Of a DNA stretch of 64,000 nt, positions 58,571 through 64,000 are shown piece after piece (the first letter of the stretch is position 1; the number at the start of each line of letters is the position of its first letter). Made by a program: the position numbers and the translations under genes. Source of the DNA: an uncultured Bacteroidaceae bacterium (GTDB lineage: Bacteria; Bacillota; Clostridia; Christensenellales; CAG-917); assembly GCA_964637515.1 (NCBI GenBank), contig CAZWUI010000005.1, positions 9,416 to 73,415 of the forward strand. The letters are read 5' to 3'. The notes below the pieces were generated by a model. That model searched no databases. It was not told where the DNA came from and saw only the letters and a list, made by a program, of their open reading frames with translations.

Positions 58571-58599
58571 TTTCTTGGAAAATTAAGGAGGCTTTTATC

Positions 58600-60189
58600 A
58601 TGAAATGTAGAGTTGTCGGTTGGACCGATTACGATTCGCGAGATTTTTCCTACGTTGATACGTACGTTACCGATGCGGAAAAATACGCAATCATCGACGA
58701 AATCAGAAAACATAAATATCTTTTCAGCGGTTGGCATCATCAAGAGCATGAAAACTGTGTCCCCGTTTTGAGTGACGGCAAGGCACGTATTTTTTCAAGT
58801 CGATTTTGGGGCGGTATTATGGCGGAAGCCTACGGTCAAATGGGAGAGTGGGATTATGCTTTGTTCTCATTTCACTATGACGTTTCTGCCGAAGAACTCC
58901 GTGTCCCGCAAGACGGACTCGATCCCTATACGTTCATTGCGGAAGGATACGAAGTCGAAGACTTCGACGTGAGGGTGGACAAGAAAACGTTCGAGTCGGC
59001 AAAAACGAAAAATCCCATTTATCTTGAGGATTTGCCCGAGTTGAGATATTTAAGCGGCAACGATTCTCTCACTCTCCGTTGCGAAGATGAAAGATTGCGT
59101 TTTATCGTCGACGTCGTCCATCGCCCGATGATCAACGATCCCGACAATGAAAACTGCAAAAAACCAGTGATCGAGATATATCACAAACCCGAAAGCGAAA
59201 GAGAATTTCCGACTGCACCCCTTGTTTGTTCGCTCCCCGTTGCGAGTGAAATATTCGAACAAGCAGTAGACGAATATGATAGCGACTGCGATTATGCCGT
59301 CGTCAAAAACTGCGTTGAGTTTTTCCCTATTCGTACAATCGCCGATTATTCCGACTGCGAAAAGGGAAGTATAATTCAAATGCTCATGCCTTTCACAAGG
59401 GAATACGCGAGCAAACATTTCGACGTCGAGGTGGTTGGTCAATTGCTCGGCTATATAGACGACGCCGACTTCTATGCGGAAATCGCCGACGTAGTCCGCG
59501 AGCCGTACATATATAAAAAATTTGTCAATGAATACGCAGACGAGAGCAACGAAGACGAATACACTCTGAAACTCGCAGAAGTTGTGCTTGAAAAGAAGAT
59601 GAGCGCACCGACTTACTATTTGAACGTATTCTTGAGAGCAATCGAACTCAAACCGAACAAAATCGAATTTCGCGATTATTTGTACAAAGAATTTTCCGCA
59701 TGGGGTTTTCTTGCTTTGGCGGCGGTGGGAGCATTCGATCGCATGAATAAATACGATACTGCGATCATCGACGTCGAAAACCACGTTTCGACTTTGAGCG
59801 CATCCGAAGTCAGAAGAATAGCGGAATATATGACCTATCCGAACGGCTACGTGGCATCCAAAGAGTATCCGTATTACACGCCGTGCTTTTACGGCGAAAA
59901 ATCAAAAGTCCTTGTTGACGGTGTGAAAGCGTATCAAAAATACTTGCGTGAGCATTGCAATATCGACGAGTGTTTTGAAAGCGTACTCATGCGCGGTATC
60001 GACGCCTCGTGCGCGAAAATGGGAGAAGAAATCGACGGCGTTGAACATGCGGCGGCATACGTTTATTCTCTCGATGCGATGACGGATTTCAAGTACGGCT
60101 TGAGAGCAAAGGCAATCGAACGCTTTGGAAAGACGAATAACGATTTCAAAAAAGCATTAGATGAGCGTTATCGTGAAGTTTTCGTGTAG
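58600..60189 (+). CDS. Hypothetical acidic cytoplasmic protein, 529 aa, no recognisable domain
   Basis: Strong promoter and RBS, long clean ORF, no signal peptide or TM helix. Confidence 0.75.
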   Translation: MKCRVVGWTDYDSRDFSYVDTYVTDAEKYAIIDEIRKHKYLFSGWHHQEHENCVPVLSDGKARIFSSRFWGGIMAEAYGQMGEWDYALFSFHYDVSAEELRVPQDGLDPYTFIAEGYEVEDFDVRVDKKTFESAKTKNPIYLEDLPELRYLSGNDSLTLRCEDERLRFIVDVVHRPMINDPDNENCKKPVIEIYHKPESEREFPTAPLVCSLPVASEIFEQAVDEYDSDCDYAVVKNCVEFFPIRTIADYSDCEKGSIIQMLMPFTREYASKHFDVEVVGQLLGYIDDADFYAEIADVVREPYIYKKFVNEYADESNEDEYTLKLAEVVLEKKMSAPTYYLNVFLRAIELKPNKIEFRDYLYKEFSAWGFLALAAVGAFDRMNKYDTAIIDVENHVSTLSASEVRRIAEYMTYPNGYVASKEYPYYTPCFYGEKSKVLVDGVKAYQKYLREHCNIDECFESVLMRGIDASCAKMGEEIDGVEHAAAYVYSLDAMTDFKYGLRAKAIERFGKTNNDFKKALDERYREVFV

Positions 60190-60251
60190 GCAAAGTGCAA
60201 TGTGGGCTCTTTGCACGTGCGCTCACGCTTAATATGTGCTAATTATTCGAA

Positions 60252-60288
60252 AAAGACGGCAAATGCCGTCTTTCGTATTGTCTTTTTT
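60252..60288 (+). terminator. Hairpin plus T-run after the orphan gene
   Basis: AAAGACGGC-AAAT-GCCGTCTTT (60252-60273), then a T6 run at 60283-60288. A-run on the 5' side. Confidence 0.5.
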
Positions 60289-60313
60289 CGCATTTAATGC
60301 TAAAATCAAATTT

Positions 60314-62203
60314 ATGAGAATCGCTATCACGAACGGAAGTGTGGAATACGACGGAATACCCGTGCTCGAACGGGTGGATTTCGTCGTGAACGACAACGAG
60401 AAAATCGCGCTCGTCGGGCGCAATGGATCGGGGAAAACCACTCTTTTGAAAGCGTTGACGGGGGAAGTCGATCTCGTCAAGGGCACCGGGGATAGCGACC
60501 TATCATTCACTATGGTTGGGAATCCTGTCGTCGGTTTTTTGAAACAGACAGCTCGCGACGACGAAAAACGCACCATGCGTGAAGAGATTTTGTCCGCATA
60601 TCAGGATTTGCGTGCGGTGGAAAAGGCTATGGACGACGCTCTTCAAGTCCTGCAAAACGACGGAAGCGAGAAAAATGCGGCGGCGTATTCTCGCTTGCAC
60701 GAAAGGTTTGAAAGGGAAGGCGGTTACACCTACAAAAAGGAATATCTCACCGCAGTCAGAAAGTTTGGTTTTTCGGACGACGACCTTGACAAACCGCTCG
60801 TTTGCTTTTCGGGCGGACAACGTACCAAAATCGCGCTCGTGAAACTTCTGTTGTCAAAACCCGACGTCCTTCTTCTCGACGAGCCTACAAACCACTTGGA
60901 CCTCGAAGGGATAGAGTGGCTTGAAAAATATCTTGCAGACTACAAAAAATCCTGCGTTATCGTGTCCCACGACAGAATGTTCCTTGACAAAATCGTCAAC
61001 GTCGTCTATGAAATCGAGTACGGCGAAACAACGAGATATAGCGGGAATTATTCCGTTTTCGTCGAGCAGAAAAAGGATAACTATGACAAGGCGTTGAAAG
61101 ACGCACTCCTACGCAAAAAGGAGATCGAACGACTTCAAAAAGTCGTGGATAGATTTCGCTACAAAGCGCATAAAGCGGCTATGGCGCAGGCAAAACTCAA
61201 ACAAATCGAAAGGATAGGAAAAGTGGATATTCCCGTCGGATACGACAAATCCACGTTCAAAGGAATGTTCCAACCGACCGTCGAAACCGTGAGAAATACG
61301 GTGATTATGGAGCACCTGTCCTTCGGCTACGGGCAACCGCTCGGAGAGGTAAATACCATTGTCGAAAAGGGGCAAAAGGTCGGGATTATCGGACCTAACG
61401 GCTGCGGGAAATCAACACTCATCCGCACGATTATGAAACTCATCCCGCCGCTTGACGGACACGTAAGGTTTGGACTGCACGCAGAAGTCGGCTACTTCGA
61501 CCAGACGAAAACGCAGAGTTTTTCACCTTTGACCGTGCTCGAAGACTTCAAAAACGACTTTCCGTCGTATACGGACGGGGAGGCAAGGACGGCACTCGGT
61601 GCGTTTTTGTTCTCGGGGGACGACGTTTTCAAGACGGTAGGCGATTTGTCGGGCGGTGAAAAGGTGCGACTCGCTCTTCTCAAAATCTTCAAGCGCAGAC
61701 CAAACGTCCTCATTCTTGACGAACCGACCAACCATATGGATATTATCGGCAAGGAAACCCTTGAAAAAATGCTCTCGGAATACGAAGGGACTGTCATCAC
61801 GGTGTCCCATGACAGATATTTCGTGAACAAGGTGTGTTCAAGACTTCTCGTGTTTGAAAAGGACGGACTGAAAGCATACGATTGTGGTTACTCTGAATAC
61901 GAAAGACTGGTCGCTGAAAAGGATAGCGACTCGGACGACAATAAAAAAGTCGTCGTAAAAAAGGGTAAACCGATTTCGGCTGAGAGAGAAAGAGCGAAAC
62001 GACAACATAGAATTGAAGTGCTCGAGAGCAAAATGTCCGCAATAGACGAGAAAATCTCCGCACTCAAAAAGACGATGACAGAGGACGCCAACGTTTTCAG
62101 CGACTACAAAAAACTCACTGAAATCGAAAACGAGATTTCCGCTCTCGAAAAAGAACAGGAGCCGTTTGCGGAAGAATGGGAACGACTCATCCAAGAAGAA
62201 TGA
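60314..62203 (+). CDS. ABC-F family ATPase (translation-associated, no membrane domain)
   Basis: Start MRIAITNGS at ATG 60314. Two NBDs: GRNGSGKTTLLKAL / FSGGQRTKIAL / LLLDEPTNHLD and GPNGCGKSTLIRTI / LSGGEKVRLAL / LILDEPTNHMD. Helical interdomain linker and a C-terminal coiled coil. Confidence 0.9.
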   Translation: MRIAITNGSVEYDGIPVLERVDFVVNDNEKIALVGRNGSGKTTLLKALTGEVDLVKGTGDSDLSFTMVGNPVVGFLKQTARDDEKRTMREEILSAYQDLRAVEKAMDDALQVLQNDGSEKNAAAYSRLHERFEREGGYTYKKEYLTAVRKFGFSDDDLDKPLVCFSGGQRTKIALVKLLLSKPDVLLLDEPTNHLDLEGIEWLEKYLADYKKSCVIVSHDRMFLDKIVNVVYEIEYGETTRYSGNYSVFVEQKKDNYDKALKDALLRKKEIERLQKVVDRFRYKAHKAAMAQAKLKQIERIGKVDIPVGYDKSTFKGMFQPTVETVRNTVIMEHLSFGYGQPLGEVNTIVEKGQKVGIIGPNGCGKSTLIRTIMKLIPPLDGHVRFGLHAEVGYFDQTKTQSFSPLTVLEDFKNDFPSYTDGEARTALGAFLFSGDDVFKTVGDLSGGEKVRLALLKIFKRRPNVLILDEPTNHMDIIGKETLEKMLSEYEGTVITVSHDRYFVNKVCSRLLVFEKDGLKAYDCGYSEYERLVAEKDSDSDDNKKVVVKKGKPISAERERAKRQHRIEVLESKMSAIDEKISALKKTMTEDANVFSDYKKLTEIENEISALEKEQEPFAEEWERLIQEE

Positions 62204-62237
62204 TTTAGGTTGCGATTTCGGTCGCAAGGGAGGGAAT

Positions 62238-64000
62238 ATGAGAACAATAAATATCATAACCGCAGTGTGCCTTGCCTATATGGCGGGACTTGTCGTGGCG
62301 TTATTTATTCATGCGATAAGGCTTGACAAACTTGACAGATTTAGATTTTTCAAGAACTTCAAGAAAGGCAATTTTGTTTGGATCTATTTCGTCGCAATTC
62401 CCCTGTATATGTTGGGTATGTATTTCAACGGACAACACGGAGTCGGACTTTTCTTGAATGCGGTCAAATCCGCGGTGGAAATCGTCGTCTTGAAATACGA
62501 ATACGATGCGGTCGTCGTGCTTGCGGAAGCGAATGCGTTTTATATGGGCGTGGTGTATTTGTGTTTCGTGCTTGTGGCAATCAACGCGGGCATGTTCACT
62601 TTCGCAATCTTCGGGGAGAAAACGATAAACGCCGTGAGACTAGGATCCATCAGAAACAGCAAACACGTTTACGTGCTTGTCGGCTACAACGACAGAACTA
62701 GAATGATCATTGATTCAATCGTCGAGAAAAACAAAAACGCAAAGGGCAAAAAAAACAAGGTTGTGTTGCTCGGATCCGTTGACGGCGACGTCATGGACGA
62801 GTTGTTCACGGCGGGCGTTGCGGTCAAGCAGATTGATGAGAACGGCTTGTATGGCACCCTTCAAAAGTTGTGCGGCAAATTTGAAAATAAAATCGTAAAC
62901 GTGATTTTAAACGCTGAAAACGATACGTTAAACCTTGTGTATTGCGAAGAACTCAGCAAAATCGTTGCGAACACCGATTACAACAGTTGGTCTATCGACA
63001 ACCCCAAAGGTATAATTGCATACGTGTTCGGGGACGAGCAAAACGAATATGCATTCACACGCCTTGTCGAGAAAACGAACGGTTGCGTGCGCTATGTCAA
63101 CAAGTATAAGCTCGTCGCTATGGATTTCCTTGACAAGTATCCTTTGACGAAGTTCATGACCGAAGAACATCTTGACTATTCGACCGCAACTATTCGTCCC
63201 GACGTTGACGTAAACGTCGTGATGATAGGTTTCGGAAAGACGGGGCAACAACTGTTTTTGACATCCGTCCAGAACAATCAATTTATGACGGTCAAGGACG
63301 AAAAAGTCGAACATAAGAAAGTGAACTACTTCGTCTACGACAAGTTGGAATCCGAAAACGATAAGAATCTCAACCATAATTACTACCGTTTCACGAAGGA
63401 GTTTAAGAGCAAGTTTTCCGGTGACGGCATTGAGAATAATCGTAGGAGTGAGGAAATCTTTGCAAAACTTGAAGGCAAGGAGTCGAGAGAAAATTATTTG
63501 CCTTTACCCGACGATCCCGCAAACGTGTCTTTCAAGAAAATCGACATAAACGACACGAAGTTCTACGAGGAGATAAAGGGAAATCTTGTCCCGAAAGATG
63601 AGAAAGCCAAGAAAAATACTGCCGCAGACGATGAGGACGTAAAGGAAAATCCTGCCGAAAAAGAAAAGAAAAAAGCGGTGAACAGCGTTATTATTGCGTT
63701 CGGCAACGACCTTGACAATCTCGACCTTGCAGAGAAAATCGCAGTCAAAGTCAAGGAATGGGGACTTGATAATAATACAAAAATCTTCGTCAAAATCCGC
63801 AACGACGATTTGTACAACAACGTTCTAAAAGAAGACTATGAGAAAAACGGTGAGTTTATCGTATTCGGCAGTGAGAAAGACACCGTCTACAATGTGGATA
63901 AGGTGGTAAATCACGAGATTGACGTGCTCGCTCGTCGTCGTCACGTCTGCTATGAAAGTGAATATGCCAAAGAAGGAAGTACCGCAGAAAAAATCGAAAA
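62238..64000 (+). CDS. Membrane protein with tandem Rossmann/KTN-like domains; 3' end outside the window (ORF not in the supplied track)
   Basis: My manual translation of frame 3 from ATG 62238 (GGGAGGG upstream) shows no stop through nt 64000, i.e. 587 codons. N-terminal hydrophobic helices, then KHVYVLVGYNDRTRMII and VNVVMIGFGKTGQQLF. Confidence 0.75.
   Translation, partial: MRTINIITAVCLAYMAGLVVALFIHAIRLDKLDRFRFFKNFKKGNFVWIYFVAIPLYMLGMYFNGQHGVGLFLNAVKSAVEIVVLKYEYDAVVVLAEANAFYMGVVYLCFVLVAINAGMFTFAIFGEKTINAVRLGSIRNSKHVYVLVGYNDRTRMIIDSIVEKNKNAKGKKNKVVLLGSVDGDVMDELFTAGVAVKQIDENGLYGTLQKLCGKFENKIVNVILNAENDTLNLVYCEELSKIVANTDYNSWSIDNPKGIIAYVFGDEQNEYAFTRLVEKTNGCVRYVNKYKLVAMDFLDKYPLTKFMTEEHLDYSTATIRPDVDVNVVMIGFGKTGQQLFLTSVQNNQFMTVKDEKVEHKKVNYFVYDKLESENDKNLNHNYYRFTKEFKSKFSGDGIENNRRSEEIFAKLEGKESRENYLPLPDDPANVSFKKIDINDTKFYEEIKGNLVPKDEKAKKNTAADDEDVKENPAEKEKKKAVNSVIIAFGNDLDNLDLAEKIAVKVKEWGLDNNTKIFVKIRNDDLYNNVLKEDYEKNGEFIVFGSEKDTVYNVDKVVNHEIDVLARRRHVCYESEYAKEGSTAEKIE

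Noticed and set aside
62378-62898. Two listed + strand ORFs (62378-62701, 107 aa; 62710-62898, 62 aa).
   Set aside because: Both are out of frame with, and fully inside, the long open-ended frame-3 ORF starting at 62238. Their translations are Arg/Cys-rich noise.

Overview
64-kb chromosomal window, apparently from a Gram-positive-type anaerobe. The Bacillota/Clostridia-like assignment is inference from gene content only: whiA, the rpmE-prmC-prfA block, an Enterococcus-type ntpFIKECGABD V-ATPase operon, GTP-PEPCK and a PPi-PFK. I call 48 protein-coding genes, 44 on the + strand, and both window edges cut genes. I see no rRNA, tRNA or CRISPR. Most of the window is housekeeping: V-ATPase, rpmE, prfA, thrC, trpS, uvrC, murB, whiA, dnaE, two phosphofructokinases and rlmD. 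Accessory or unusual content: (1) a RAYT-type Y1 transposase bracketed by two inverted copies of a 72-nt palindrome; (2) a 10.5-kb gene for a 3511-aa MBG-repeat surface protein that ends in a TM helix plus a PEPT-repeat/KKPPVVG tail instead of an LPXTG signal; (3) a MacB-type ABC operon carrying a 585-aa orphan lipoprotein and a PIG-L deacetylase; (4) a TM1266-like ACT-fold protein heading an ABC importer operon behind a leader with an intrinsic terminator; (5) a DUF1385-PrmC fusion protein; (6) a translationally coupled trio of a DUF5685-like protein, an HPD-less Cys-rich J-like protein and an acidic-tailed membrane protein; (7) an unlisted 56-codon Cys-rich membrane peptide divergent from an ArsR regulator; (8) an AT-rich repeat-bearing gap plus a 529-aa orphan protein; (9) an ORF of more than 587 codons running off the 3' edge that the ORF track misses. 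The many very long antisense ORFs are co-phased codon-bias shadows, not genes. All functional calls rest on motif recognition by eye; no database search or folding computation was possible.
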